Source: Isurus oxyrinchus
Taxonomy: Eukaryota
Reading direction: 5' to 3'
NCBI GenBank assembly: GCA_026770705.1
Contig: JANJGN010000071.1
Location: 992,001 to 1,056,000, forward strand
DNA length: 64,000 bases
A program made the translations under genes and the position numbers. The notes under the pieces were generated by a model. It saw nothing but the letters and a program-made list of their open reading frames with translations. It was not told the DNA's origin and made no database searches. This document shows positions 1 through 11,719 of the stretch, piece after piece. Every line of letters starts with the position of its first letter. Position 1 is the stretch's first letter.

Positions 1-613
1 TTGCTTAAACTCTGTTTCAACCGCTCCCAACTGCTCACTGCCCTGTGTCAGCTTTCAACACTGCAACCCTTCTGCTGGCTGGTTTCTCTCCCAACTGACT
101 GCCCAGTTATACTGCCTTTCGAGTTTCTTATCGCAATCCAAATCAAGGTTCGTTCTTTGTTTGTCTTTGGTGGGCTTCCCCAGGTGATTGATGTCTCGTT
201 GTTGTTAATGGGCTCGCATGATGTTTATCATTGTCTTCCTGCCCAGTAACTAGTTTTGAACTGAAAGCCATTGTATGTGTGGAGTATTGATGGGTTCGCA
301 TAATTAAATTGCCGGCCTCAGAAGTTAGGAGCGATTATTGATGCAAGATTTAGATGGGCTTCAGTTGCGTGTGAAGTGAAGTCTTTCTCTGGGTTGATTG
401 TATTAAAGGGAAGAATGCGTATTCTGTCTCCTCTCGTTGTCTGGTTTCAGGCCAAACATTCCACACTGCTCTCAATAAGCCCGGACATGTGCAGCCCCAG
501 GCCTTCATGGGCCCAGCCTCCTGTCTGCAGGGTTTTCCACTTAACTCAGCAGTTTAAAGGTGCAAAAGTGATATCCTTGTTGATGATATGGAAAATGTGG
601 GAATTTTGAGAAC

Positions 614-900
614 CCTTAAAGAGATAGGGAGGGTTACAGGGGCTGGAGGAGGTTACAGGTATAGGGAGGGGTGTAGGGGTTGAAGGTGGTTACAGAGATG
701 GGGAGGGTTGTGGGGGTTGAAGGTGGTTACAGAGATGGGGAGGGTTGTGGGGGTTGGAGGTGGTTACAGATATAGGGAGGGGTGTAGGGGTTGAAGGTGG
801 TTACAGAGATGGGGAGGATTGTAGAGGCAGGTGGAGGCTGCCTTAGGGAGGGTTGTAGGGGCTGGAGGAAAGGGAGAGAGAGAGGAGGTTACAGATATAG
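614..900. repeat. ~34-bp minisatellite (ggggttgaaggtggttacagagatggggagggttgt family), followed by GA-rich simple repeat to ~1060
   Basis: Tandem units visible. The same family occurs in reverse orientation at 3590-3930 and 26040-26350, and in the same orientation at 53030-53310. Confidence 0.85.
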
Positions 901-1084
901 GGAGGGAGACAGTCAGAGAGAGAGCCTCCAGGAGATAGAGAGCGATAGAGAGATTGAGAGACAGACAGAGACTGAGAGAGGGAGAAGAGAGAAGGAGAGT
1001 GAGAAGACTGAGAGAGGGAGAAGAGAGAAGGAGAGTGAGAGAGAGACAGAACAAGTGTGAAAGATGGTGGAAGGGAAGAGTGGG

Positions 1085-1440
1085 GAGGTGTTGGCCTGAT
1101 GGTATTTTCACTGGACCAGTAATCCAGAGACCCAGCGTAATGCTCCTGGGACCCTGGTTAGAATCCCACCACAGCAGTTGGTGGAATTTGAACTCAATAA
1201 AAACCTGGAATTAAAAGTCCGATGATGACCAGGAAACCATTGCCGATTCTTGTATTTGGGTCACAAATGCCCTTTAGGGAGGGAAATCTGCTGTCCTTAC
1301 CTGGTCTGGCCTACATGTGACTCCAGACCCACAGCAATGTGGTTGACTTTTAAAAAGTGGCCTTTGAACAAGGGCAATTAGGGTTGGGCAATAAATGCTG
1401 GCCTAGGCAGTGATGTCCACATCACATGAAAGAATGAAAT
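1085..1440 (+). mobile_element. SINE or LINE 3' fragment sharing its tail with the LINE at 58467-59530
   Basis: Ends in gggcaataaatgctggcctag, matching gggcaataaattctggcctag at ~59490. Confidence 0.55.
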
Positions 1441-2009
1441 AAAAGGACAGAGAGGGACAGACAGAGTCGAGAGACACCCAGAATGAAAAAAACACAGTAA
1501 ACACTGGAAAATAAACATTCTGGTCTGATCTGGTCTTGTATACCTTCAAATGGAACACCAGTAAAACAGGGAAATAAGAGTACTGGGCCAAACTGTTAGA
1601 GAGGGGCACATTTAGAGAGAGAGAGAGAGAGAGAAAGAGGGAGACACTGAAAGAGATAAGGACAAGGAAAGAAAGAGTGAGAGAGAGAGACAGACAGAGA
1701 CACACAAAGAAGTAGAAAGAAAGTGATAGAGATGAAGCAGGAGAGAATGAGGAGAAAGATAGATAGATAGAGAGAGAGGATGGTAGAGAAAGAGAACGAG
1801 AGGAAAAGAGACAAAGGCAGAATGTGATGGAACACTGAATCCTTGTCTATGCGTTTTGAAATCCAGCCCAGAACTATCATTGGAAGATTCAGCGAGTGTC
1901 CAGTACAGGGGACCCAGCCCAACCTTCTCATCCTGACCTTCCCAGTGGGGCTGAAGAGGGCAGAGAGGAAACCTTCCTCTGTTATTCTGTTGTCGAATAA
2001 ACACAACAA

Positions 2010-2620
2010 TTCTGGAACTCTGCCCTTTCTATCTCACGGATTAGAATATAAGGGGGCAGAGGTCATGCTTCAGTCTACATAAAGCCCTGGCTAGACCACA
2101 CCTGGAGTCACTGTGAGACATTCTGGGCCCCACACCTTAGGAAGGATATATTGACCTCGGAGGGAGAGCAGTGTCAGTTTACCAGAATGAGACCGGGACT
2201 CCAAGGGTTAAATCACAAGGCGAGATTAAACACAAACTCGGCTTGTATTCCCTGGAAGTTAGAATGTTAAGCAGGAGATTTGATGAAAGTTCGCATGATA
2301 TTAAGGGGAACAGATCGGGGGCGATAAAGAGAAACCATTTCCCCTGGTTGGGGGGAGTCTGGGACTCGGGATCAGAGCCTAAAAAGGAATTAAATTAGGA
2401 AGTACAAAGGGTGGGAGAAATTTGGAACTCTCTTCCCCAAACAGGAACTGATGCACGATCAAGTTGTTCATTTTAAACCTGTGAGACTGATAGATTTTTG
2501 TTATCCAAAGGTATTAAAGGAGATGGGACAAAGGCATATGGGGCTAGTTTGCAGATCAGCCATGAACTCTTTGAATGGTGGAGCAGGCTCGAGGGGCCAA
2601 ATGGCCTCCTCCTACCCTTA
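2010..2620 (+). mobile_element. Degenerate CR1-type LINE 3' fragment
   Basis: Remnant of the gieyk...ykalvrphley-type RT C-terminus and a gggccaaatggcctcct tail. Similar to 22260-22840 and 59970-60490. Confidence 0.7.
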
Positions 2621-3009
2621 TGTAATAGAAACTTACCTGTCAGAAGCCAGTTTATGTTGATGTGAGTCTGAGTCGATGACTGAACCCAGTTGGTGACTTG
2701 TTCCATACAAAGCAAGAACGTTCATGCCCTTCAATGTTCCTGGATAAACCATGAACAAAGCTGGTGACAGACAGTCTCCACATGGTAAACACTGACCGAT
2801 CAACACATGACATGGCTGTTAACCCCTAAACCTCAGCGTAAATCAGTTCCCCCTCGAGGCCCCTTGTCCGAAATAAAAGCAACGCACACAATTTGTAAAA
2901 TAGTAAGTGTCTGGCAGGAAGGAGGAGCAATGAGAGGAGTAAGGGGTTAGGGGGCGTGCGCTTCACCTGATTTGCCGACATAAGAACCAGCCCCTATGTT
3001 TTTGCTATG

Positions 3010-3297
3010 TTGTGTTGCGTCAATATGAACACATATTTGCACAAGGTGAAGGGCGTTGCGGAGGGACTGATAGTTCTCGGCGCCAGACAGTCAATGTCCC
3101 AGTGACCTTACTGCTGGTCCCAGGCCAGTGGGACAGGGAACATCGACACTGCAATATCCAGAAATGGGTGCGATACCACACAGCTACCCACCCGCGGCTG
3201 TCCCCTTCAAGTGTTTCAGGTATAAGAGCAGGAAGCTCCTCTAGTTACAAACCAAAGCATCAAAGCAGAGCCAGAAGATCAGAAGAGACAGGCAGAG
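3010..3297 (+). promoter_or_regulatory. Promoter of secreted-peptide (hepcidin-like) gene: C/EBP-like sites, GGCGCC BMP/Smad-type element, TATA box
   Basis: TTGCGTCAA 3015-3023, TTGCACAA 3037-3044, GGCGCC 3079-3084 directly followed by AGAC, TATAAGA 3221-3227, ATG at 3298. Confidence 0.5.
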
Positions 3298-3390
3298 ATG
3301 GGAAGCTCCCAGATGAAATGGCGACTTGTCTTGTTCACTCTGACTTTGCTGCTCTCCCTGCAGCTGAGTCACTTCTTCTCCTTGTCGAGG
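3298..3390 (+). CDS. Exon 1 (signal peptide) of a small secreted-peptide gene, hepcidin-like layout: MGSSQMKWRLVLFTLTLLLSLQLSHFFSLSR
   Basis: 93 nt hydrophobic signal peptide ending at donor AGG|GTAAGC in phase 0, downstream of a TATA box. The hepcidin identity is inferred from layout, promoter and neighbourhood, not from the mature peptide. Confidence 0.6.
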
Positions 3391-3589
3391 GTAAGCTGAG
3401 AGATGTCCCTCTGGGTGAGGTGTTTCTTGCACATGACTCTACGTCTACCACCCAGATAGACTGGTCACTTCCGCAGTTTGATATTATTATGTTCGTGCCT
3501 TTAATATTGTCGCCCTCTATGAATTTAACATCATTTCCTTCTGTCATTTCCCCTGAAATTCTCATTCTTGTTTTCAATCCCTCCTCAGC

Positions 3590-3930
3590 CACTCCCTATC
3601 TCTGTAACCTCCTCCAGCCCGTACAACCCTCCCTATCTCTGTAAACTCCTCCAGCCCCTACACCCCTCCCTATCTCTGTAACCTCCTCCAGCCCCTACAA
3701 CCCTCTCTATCTCTGTAACCTCCTCCAGCCCGTACAACCCTCCCTATCTCTGTAACCTCCTCCAGCCCCTACAACCCTCCCTATCTCTGTAACCTCCTCC
3801 AGGCCTTACAACCCTCCCTATCTCTGTAACTTCCTACAGCCCTTACAACCCTCCCTTTCTCTGTAACCTCCTACAGCCTCTACAGCCCTCCCTATCTCTG
3901 TAACCTCCTCCAGCCCCGACAACCCTACCT
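3590..3930. repeat. 34-bp minisatellite (ccctccctatctctgtaacctcctccagccccta)
   Basis: About 10 tandem units visible. Confidence 0.9.
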
Positions 3931-3934
3931 AAAT

Positions 3935-4545
3935 CACTGGTCTGAGTCTCACTCCAGGGAATTCAGTCCCATAATGTAGATCAACGCTCCGTGCTGAGGG
4001 AGTGCTGCACTCTCAGAGGGTCAGTAGTGTGGAAGTGTTGCACTATTGGAGGGACAGTACTGAGGGAGTGCTATACTGTCGGAGGTCAGTACTGAGGGAG
4101 TGCTGCTGTGTCGAAGAGTTAGTACTGAAATAGAGCTGCACTGACGGAGGGACAGTACTGAGGGTGCGCAGCACTATCGAAGGGTTAATACTAAGGGAGT
4201 GCTGCAGTGTCAAAGGGTTAGTACTGAGGGAGCGCAACAATGTTGAATGAGACATTAAACTGAGTCCCCCGTCTGCCCTCTCGGGCGGGTGTGAAAGATC
4301 CCACAGCCACTATTTGGAGGAAGAGCAGGGGGTGTCTCCCCGGTGTCCTGGGACCAATATTTATCCCTCACCCAACATCACCAATAACAGATGATCTAGG
4401 CCATGATCACATTGCTATTTGTGGGATCTTGCTGTGCACAAATCAGCTGCCACATTTCCTACAGTGTGAGTGCACTTCAAAAACATCCTTCAGTGGCTGT
4501 GAAATGCTTTGGGATGTGGTGAAAGGCGTTAGAGAAATGCAAGTC
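3935..4545 (+). mobile_element. Deu-domain SINE (SacSINE1/AmnSINE-like) with internal 33-bp tandem expansion
   Basis: 33-bp agtactgagggagtgctgcactgtc units run into gagacattaaac...aaagatccca...ccggtgtcctgg...ttgtgggatcttgctgtgc, which resembles the Deu domain from memory. Confidence 0.6.
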
Positions 4546-4645
4546 TGTCCTCCTCCCCCTCTCTCTCCTGTACCTCTCTCTCTCTCTCTCCGTCTCCCTC
4601 AATCCTCCTCTCACTTTCTCCCTGATAAATTCTTTCTTTTTGCAG

Positions 4646-4702
4646 GTTGACACTGCTTTAGGTTCTTCGACGATTGAGAAATCTGTGGATTCCCCGGACA
4701 CG
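4646..4702 (+). CDS. Putative exon 2 (pro-region) of the secreted-peptide gene: VDTALGSSTIEKSVDSPDT
   Basis: Polypyrimidine acceptor ttctttctttttgcag| and donor acg|GTAGGT. 57 nt, phase 0-0, open in frame with exon 1. Confidence 0.5.
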
Positions 4703-5469
4703 GTAGGTGGAAATTCATTCCTTATTTTAAGGTTTCTCCCTGCTCGTTTCTTCCACAGAAAGTTTTCTGATTTCAAGCTGATTTCAGTGGCAGTCTGTCT
4801 CGGTTATACTCAGGAGGCATGTTTGAAATCGAGCCCCCCCCCCCTTTTTTTGCAAAGCTGGGAAGAGACAATTCCAAGGAAGTGAACATATCCCCACAGG
4901 AATTTTAAATGTAACCCACGCCGGGAATAGTGAGAGGGAGACTGATCCAGCCTGGGAGTGGGTTAAAGAGAGGCTGGGAGTCGAGAGTCGGAGAGAGGGA
5001 TGGAATGGGGGAGGGAGGGATTGGAAGAGAGAGACAGAGAGTGGGACGGGGAGGGGTGAAAGGGAAAGAACATAGGTGGGAGAGAGTGACAGAGGGAGAA
5101 ATTAAAGAAGAGATGCAGAGTGAGGGAAAGTGAAAAGGGAAGAGAGATTGTCCAAGAGAGAGAAATTAACAGGGAAGGGAGAGTTACAGAGTGAGCGAAA
5201 GGTACAAAAATAGTGTGAGAGAGAGGGAGAGATACTGAGTGGGAGAATGAGACAGGGAGAGAGAGAGAGAGAGAGACAGGAAAAGGGAGAGAGGAGAGAA
5301 AGATTGGGAGAGAGGGCAATTGAGAGGAAGAGTAGGAGAGAGAGAGACAGGGAGAGGAGGAGTGGATGAGAGGAAGAGAGAGAGATATGGAGCAGGAGAA
5401 CACCTCCTCCGGTCCCGATGTTCCTCCAAAATCTCTGACATGACTCGAAGACTTTCAACCAGTGAATAA

Positions 5470-6390
5470 AAATTGTTCCAAACCACCTGAGACCACAGCC
5501 CTCAGTTACTATTCAGCACTTCATCACCCATATCAAACCCTCACCCTACCGCCCAGCATCGAACGGCAGGGCTGAGCAGGGCATCCAAACCTTTAAATCC
5601 AGGGTGAGAAAGATGGAAGGGGCTTCCATCGGCACGAGGTTGTCCCGGTTCCTCTTCACAAACTGGGCTAGGCCACAAACAACGACCAGCATTGGCCCTG
5701 CAGAACTACTAATGAAGAGACATCTCCGCACCCACCTGACCCTTATCCAGCCGGATTTAAAGGGGAGGCTGGAGAAAAGCCAAGAGACGCAGGAGACCAG
5801 GCACGATGGTCATGCTGGGAAAGAACTTTCACTGTGGGAGGTGCAGTCCTCGCGATGAACTATGGAGATGGGTCCAATTGGCTGTTAGGCGAGGTGAGTG
5901 CAGTAACTGGATCCCTCTCCTCTCATGTATCAGTAAACGACATGTGGATCATTTCCCCAAAATAACGCTGGTCCCACAAGAAGAAATGAAGTCTTCATCT
6001 CCACTTGAGTCTGGGCCACATGTAGAGGACAGGTCCCAAAATTTGGAAGGAGAAACATTCGAGAAAGCCTCCTGAGAGACTTGATTTGTAAATAGTTATT
6101 AGTGTAATTAGTTCACTTGTTATTAAGTTTGTCAACTGCACTTTTTAAGTAAAGGGGGAAGGATGTGGTAAAGTGGAGTTCCATGTACAGTTAAGAGAAT
6201 GCAAGTGGATAAACCATGTGACAGTGCTGCCCAATCATTGTACAGTGCGGGCTACTGGTTCACTGTAAGTCTAGAGCTGGAGGTGGGTGTGGGAACATGC
6301 AAAAATTTAGTGCTCTGCCCTCTTGCAATAAATAATCAGCTTGTTCCAATGTCGGTCTCTCTTGGTTATTGATAGCGAGCATCAACTAAC
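5470..6390 (+). mobile_element. Gypsy LTR retrotransposon remnant: integrase C-terminal part, PPT and 3' LTR
   Basis: PYRPASNGRAEQGIQTFK...LSRFLF...PAELLMKRHLRTHL integrase motif. Purine tract aaagggggaagga at ~6151, then a TG-starting LTR containing AATAAA. Confidence 0.75.
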
Positions 6391-6469
6391 AAGTGTATAT
6401 GAAGGAGTGCAATTTGAGTTTACTCAACCAGTGAACTCATAGACTCAAGATATAAAACCAACAAACAGT

Positions 6470-8200
6470 CAGGGAGAGATGGACAATCCAACATGTGATC
6501 ACATTTCAGAGATGTGTAAGAATAATAAAGCAGTAATACTCAGGGATTTTAACTACCCAAATATTAATTGGGACAGCTTTAGTGAGCAAGGTAGGGAGGG
6601 AGAAAAATTCTGAAGTTGCATCCAGGAGAAGATTTTTAGTCTGTGCATAGAAAGCTCAACAAGGGAGGGGACAGTTCTGGACCTAATATATGGAAAAGCG
6701 CAGGGAAAGGTGGAAAGCGTATCAGTAGGGGAGATAGTGACTGTAACTCAATTGGATTTAGGACAGTTATGGAGAAGGATAAGTTTGTGCTGGGAATAAA
6801 AATTCTAAACTGGGGAAAGGCTAATTTTACTAAGATGAGATATGATTGGGCCCAAGTGGACTGGGAGAAGCTCTTTGCAGATAAAACTGTGTCAGAGCAG
6901 TGGGAGGCATTCAAGGAGGGAATAGCGAGAGTACAGAGCAGATATCTTCCTGTAAAGACAAAGAGGGAGACCAAGTCTGGAGAACCCTGGAAGAAAAGGA
7001 ACGTAAAGGTTAGGATTGAGAAAAAAGAGAAGCTTATGGCAGATACTGAGGGCTCAATACAGCAGAGTCCCTAGAGGAGTACAAATAGTGCAGAGGGGAA
7101 CTGAAAAAGGACATTAGGAAAGATAAGCGAGTGCATGAGAAAGCACTGGTGGGTAGAATAAAGCAAAACCCAGAGGGGTTTTTTAAATATGTAAAGAACA
7201 GGAGAATAACTCGGTAAAGAGTGGGGCCGATTAGGGACTATCGAGGTAATGTGTGTGTGGACCTGGAAGACGTGGGTACAGTCCTCAATGAATACTTTGC
7301 ATCAGTCTTCACAATGGAAAAGGATGATGCAGGTATAACATCAGGGTGGAGGACAGTGAAATATGAGAGGAAATTAACACAGAGAGAGGAGGTACTAGTG
7401 GGTTTAGTGGCCTGAAAAGTGGATAAATCCACAAGCCCAGATGAGATGAATCCAAAGCTGTTGAGGGAGGAAAGGGAAGAGATATCAGGGGCCCTGGCAG
7501 TAATTTTCAAATCCTCTCTGGCCACAGGTGAGGTGCCAGAGGACTGGAGGATGGCTGATGTTGTCCCATTATTAAAAAAGGGAGGAAGGGATAGATCAGG
7601 AAATTACAGGCCAGTCAGTCTAACCTCGGTGGTGGGGAAGTTACTAGTAAGAATTCTGAAGGACAGAATGAATCTGCACTGGGAGAGACAAGGATTAATC
7701 TGGGATATTCAGCATGGATTTGTTAAGGGAAGGTCATGTTTGACAAACCTGATCAAATCTTTTGAGGAGGTAACCAGGAGTGTTGATGAGAGTAATGCCT
7801 TTGATGTGGTCGACATGGGCTGAGGAAGGCTTTTGATCAGGTGCCTCTTGGCAGAGAGGCCAAGAAAGTAAGAGCCCATGGGATCCAAGGCAAAGTGGCA
7901 CGTTGGATCCAATATTGGCTGAGGCAGGAAGCAGAGGGTGATGGTGGAGGGATGTTTCTGTGACTGGATGTCTGTTTCCAGTGGGGTTCCACAGGGCTCA
8001 GTGCTGGGGCACTTGCTGTTTGTGGTGTATATAAATGAATTGGACGTAAATATAGGGGGAATGATCACGACGCAAATGGACTTCAACCTGGAAAAATGTG
8101 AGGTGATGCACTTAGGGAGGGAGTTGCTGACCAGAATGGACAAGATGGGCTAAATGGCCTCCTTCTGTCCTGTAAGTGTCTATGAGTCTATGAGTCCATG
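6470..8200 (+). mobile_element. Degenerate CR1 LINE ORF2 (endonuclease/RT fragments)
   Basis: VPEDWRMADVVPLLKKG, NYRPVSLTSVVGK, QHGFVKGRSCLTNL and SGVPQGSVLG motifs with stops and frameshifts. Confidence 0.9.
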
Positions 8201-8367
8201 ATGCACTGTCGGAGAGTCAGTATTAAGGATGTACTGCCTGTCAGGGCTCACTTTTTACCAGTTAAACACCAATGGTTTGTTTATAAACAAAGTGCAGTAT
8301 GTGGGAGCTTGCTGTGCACATTTGATACTATTCCTGCTAATGTAGAATGAAGGGTGTTTGTACTTAC

Positions 8368-8664
8368 ATAGCACAGTTAGTACGAGGGTCCGCTCCGATG
8401 AAACAGATGGATATCTCACTCTGCAGCTGAGAGTGTGTCCGTGGTGTTTGAGTGATGGGATCAGGGTCAGAACAGAAGTATAGGTCAGAGTGACACCATG
8501 CTGAGTTACAGTGTTTGAGACTGATCCAGGTACGTCAGTGGGAGTGTCCCAGGTTAAGACAGGTGCTGCTGTTCCATTGCACGTTGTGTTGAAGGTGCAG
8601 CTTACATCCACACGCTTTCCTGCAATAATTTCAGCAGGGAATATCGTGGGTTTATCTGTGAAAT
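8368..8664 (-). CDS. Siglec-like unit A, C2-set Ig exon (domain 2)
   Basis: 297 nt, AG/GTAAGT flanks, phase 1-1. DFTDKPTIFP...CTFNTTCNGTAAPVLTW...LSCRVRYP...LTVL with the extra Cys typical of Siglec domain 2. Confidence 0.85.
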
Positions 8665-9590
8665 CTAACAGACAGAGAATGGATCCTTTTAGAGAAATAT
8701 AACGTGAAGCATCAGTTCAAATAGAAATCACAGTCCCACAAGAGAAAGCACTTTTACAAGGATGATATCAGAACTGAGAGGTTACAATGATCATTTTAGA
8801 ATTGTCTCTTTTTACACTTGTTGAATCTCTGTCACTCAGATTAATACACTCTCACTCAGTGACCCTTGATTTGACCAGACTGGGTGAGGGTGGAGGAACA
8901 GCTCACAGCTCGGGGAGAACAGACTCAGCATTTGGAAAAGGATATAGAGACACTGGAGAGGGTGGTAAAAAGCTTCACAAGGATGATCTCAGCAATGTGA
9001 GGCTTTACCTATCAGGAGAGGATGTACAGGCTGGGTCTCTGTTCTCTTGAACAGAGAAGGTTGAAGGGTGACCTCATTTGATCTTTCAAGTAGTGAAAGG
9101 TTTTGATCGAGTAGACATGGAACAAATGAACAAAACCAGAGGCTGACAATATAAGATCCTCACTAATAAATCCAATGGGGAATTCAGGAGAAACTTCTTT
9201 ACCCAGAGAGTGGGGAGAATGTGTGCTTCAAGAATCACTTCATTGGCTGTGAATCGATTTAGGATCGTCCTGAGGTGGTGAAAGGCACTATAGGAATGCA
9301 AGTCATTCTGTTGTCAATTTGTGGGAATTTAAAACAGGATTAGAGAGCTTGATAAGATTGGATAACCTGATAACACTGATGGACACACTCAATCTATTTA
9401 ATCATTGATATTAAAGTGAGTATTAGAGGTTGCTTTAGGACTGAACTGGAAGCTATCACCAGGTTATTGAGAATCAGACAGTGTGTTACAATAAGCTTTG
9501 TTTTGTGTTAATATGTAAACGTCACAGTTTGTGTTATTTCCCATTGAGTGTTGGATGTGAATTGTTGAGTAATTATAACACAGCACTTAC

Positions 9591-9959
9591 CAGAAATGTG
9601 AAGCCGGGTTACAGGGTAATAGTTGTAGTTATTTGTACTTCCAAATTCTATTCTGAAAAAATAAGATCCTGCATCTTCCCGTCTGATGTTGTTTATAATC
9701 AGGGAACAGTCGCCATCTTTCAGGTCTCCAGACAGCTGGGTCCGATGGCGGAACCTTGGTAACTCGTGACTGTGATCCTTGGAGTGAAAGGCAAAGGGAT
9801 TGTCGAATTTGTGTTTCTCGTTATTAAACCAGATTCCGACTCGTGGTTGGCTTTCCAAATGTGCTGGATAACTGTAATGACACGGAATCTGTACACACGA
9901 ACCTTCCTGCGCTGTCACCTCTTGTGGAGTGTCACCTTTCCACTCTTGTGACAGTCCAA
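9591..9959 (-). CDS. Siglec-like unit A, V-set Ig exon with essential Arg
   Basis: 369 nt, AG/GTAAGT flanks, open. QEGSCVQIPC...W...DCSLIINN...DAGSYFFRIE Siglec signature. Confidence 0.9.
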
Positions 9960-10882
9960 CTGGGGAGAGAAATATCTATATTTAATTCTGGATCCTCAAT
10001 GTCAACTGAATCTTCATTGTCACTTCATTGTCTAAGGAATCTCTTTGGATCCTCATTGTCTAATGGATTATTTCTGATCCAAACCCCATATTGTTGTATT
10101 GTTGATTCCGATGCAGCATTGTAGACTGACTTGTCCCCAAGCTCAGCACTGACCCTACTCCAGCAGACACTGTGAAACACACTAACAAAGTGCCTCTAGC
10201 CTGAGCTCTGCATGTGTCAAGAGCAAAGACAAATATACAAACTGAATATTGACCCCTTTACACACGGACAGCTTTGCCTTCCTTCTCTCTTTCAGTTATC
10301 TTGCTCCCTTATTGAAGTATCTAGCAAGGTGAGAATGGACAGGAAGTGTGACACTGAACAGCCTGTCTATTCTAGGAGCTGCTGTGTTGTCTTCATGGGA
10401 AATTCTGACTAAAATCAGCAAAAGACACTAATTTCAGGCCATTGCTGTCAGACCCTCAGCATCAAGTTAGACTTCATCCCCTGAATTTTGCGTCCGATTT
10501 TCTACTCAAACTTTCACCTCCCCAAACCTCCACCCCGACCCCACAAGTGACTCGATGACCTACACTGGCTCCCAGTCCAGCAATGCCTCGATGTGATTAT
10601 TTTTACACTTGATTTCCAATCCCTCCATTACTCCGCTACACTCCCTGTCTCTGTAACCCCCTCCAAACCTACAACCCTCTGTGATCTCTGCACTCCTCCA
10701 ATTCTGCTGTCAGACAGGGAGTCAGTGTATATCAGTGAGCACAGGGGTGATGGGTGAATGGGACTTGGTGTGAGATTGTACACTGGCACACTGCTGAATC
10801 GGTTTCCTATCAGAGCTCAATAAGAATGGTCTTATACAAACACTATTAACCATAAATCTGTCCAAGTTGACGATGATATTAC

Positions 10883-10922
10883 CTTGGAGAAGAGACAGGA
10901 GGAAGTAAGATTTCCCGATCAT
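10883..10922 (-). CDS. Siglec-like unit A, leader exon (MIGKSYFLLSLLQ)
   Basis: 40 nt coding, donor CAAG|GTAATA in phase 1, joins the V exon in frame. Acceptor at 10955. Confidence 0.8.
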
Positions 10923-11366
10923 CGTCCACTCTCAGGTATTTCATTCGCTCTCAAACTGTGATAGAGAAAGGAGTTAATGAGACCTCACCTCTTGTCCGAC
11001 TGCTCTCGAGAGATCAGAACTGCTTTTAGACAATGTCTTCACAGACCTAATTTGACTCTCTGTGGGATGATAGGTGCTCTGTAGAGAGTTACAAGGCTTT
11101 AAGGAAGAAAAACAACGATGAACTTGCATTTCTTTAGCACCTTTCACCACCTCAGGATGTCCCAAAGCTCATGTCTCTGCACTTCCCTCATCCCTTGAGC
11201 TAGAAAGATGTTCTGTACAACAGACTTGAGCCTCACACCCAGATCTCAATAATCAGTAGAAATCTTTCAAAGGCATCAATCATTGGAATCTGTCTTTATA
11301 AAGTCACAACATCAACAAAGGACGGTGTTGGTCGTGGAAGTGAATTCCAATCGTTCCGTTACTTAC

Positions 11367-11510
11367 CCAGGACCTGTCCGACTGCTCGCCTGGGGAGGTA
11401 CTGCCCACACGCTCTGCTTGGGCTGAATGACCTCTTCCTGTGCTGCTCCCTCTGTGTATTTAATTAGAAAGGGTTGATGTGTCTCTGTGAGACAAAATGA
11501 GGAAGTCAGA
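11367..11510 (-). promoter_or_regulatory. Unit A promoter (PU.1/Ets-like aaatgaggaagt) and non-coding first exon
   Basis: Block conserved upstream of every leader exon, ending cctgg|GTAAGT. Confidence 0.55.
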
Positions 11511-11719
11511 TCAAAGTGACAGAGCAGCTGATGTTTTGAGTTTTTTGAAGCTGTTAACCCTTTGCGTTCTGGACTTGTGATGATATTTCTGCTCAAAAGT
11601 GGAAAGTCATTGACCAGGAATTTCTCCTGTGGGTCACTGGGTTTCGAACCCTCTCTCACTCTCTGAGTGGATGGTCACCTGTTCGAGATTCATTTGGCAA
11701 AATTCAGGCTGGCAAACCA

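Noticed and set aside
764-2009. Ser/Leu-rich and Glu/Arg-rich ORFs, also at 4930-5486
   Set aside because: Translations of GA/CT simple repeats.
3012-3644. 210-aa + strand ORF
   Set aside because: No recognisable domain, it runs into a minisatellite, and the plausible coding signal is the signal-peptide exon in another frame.
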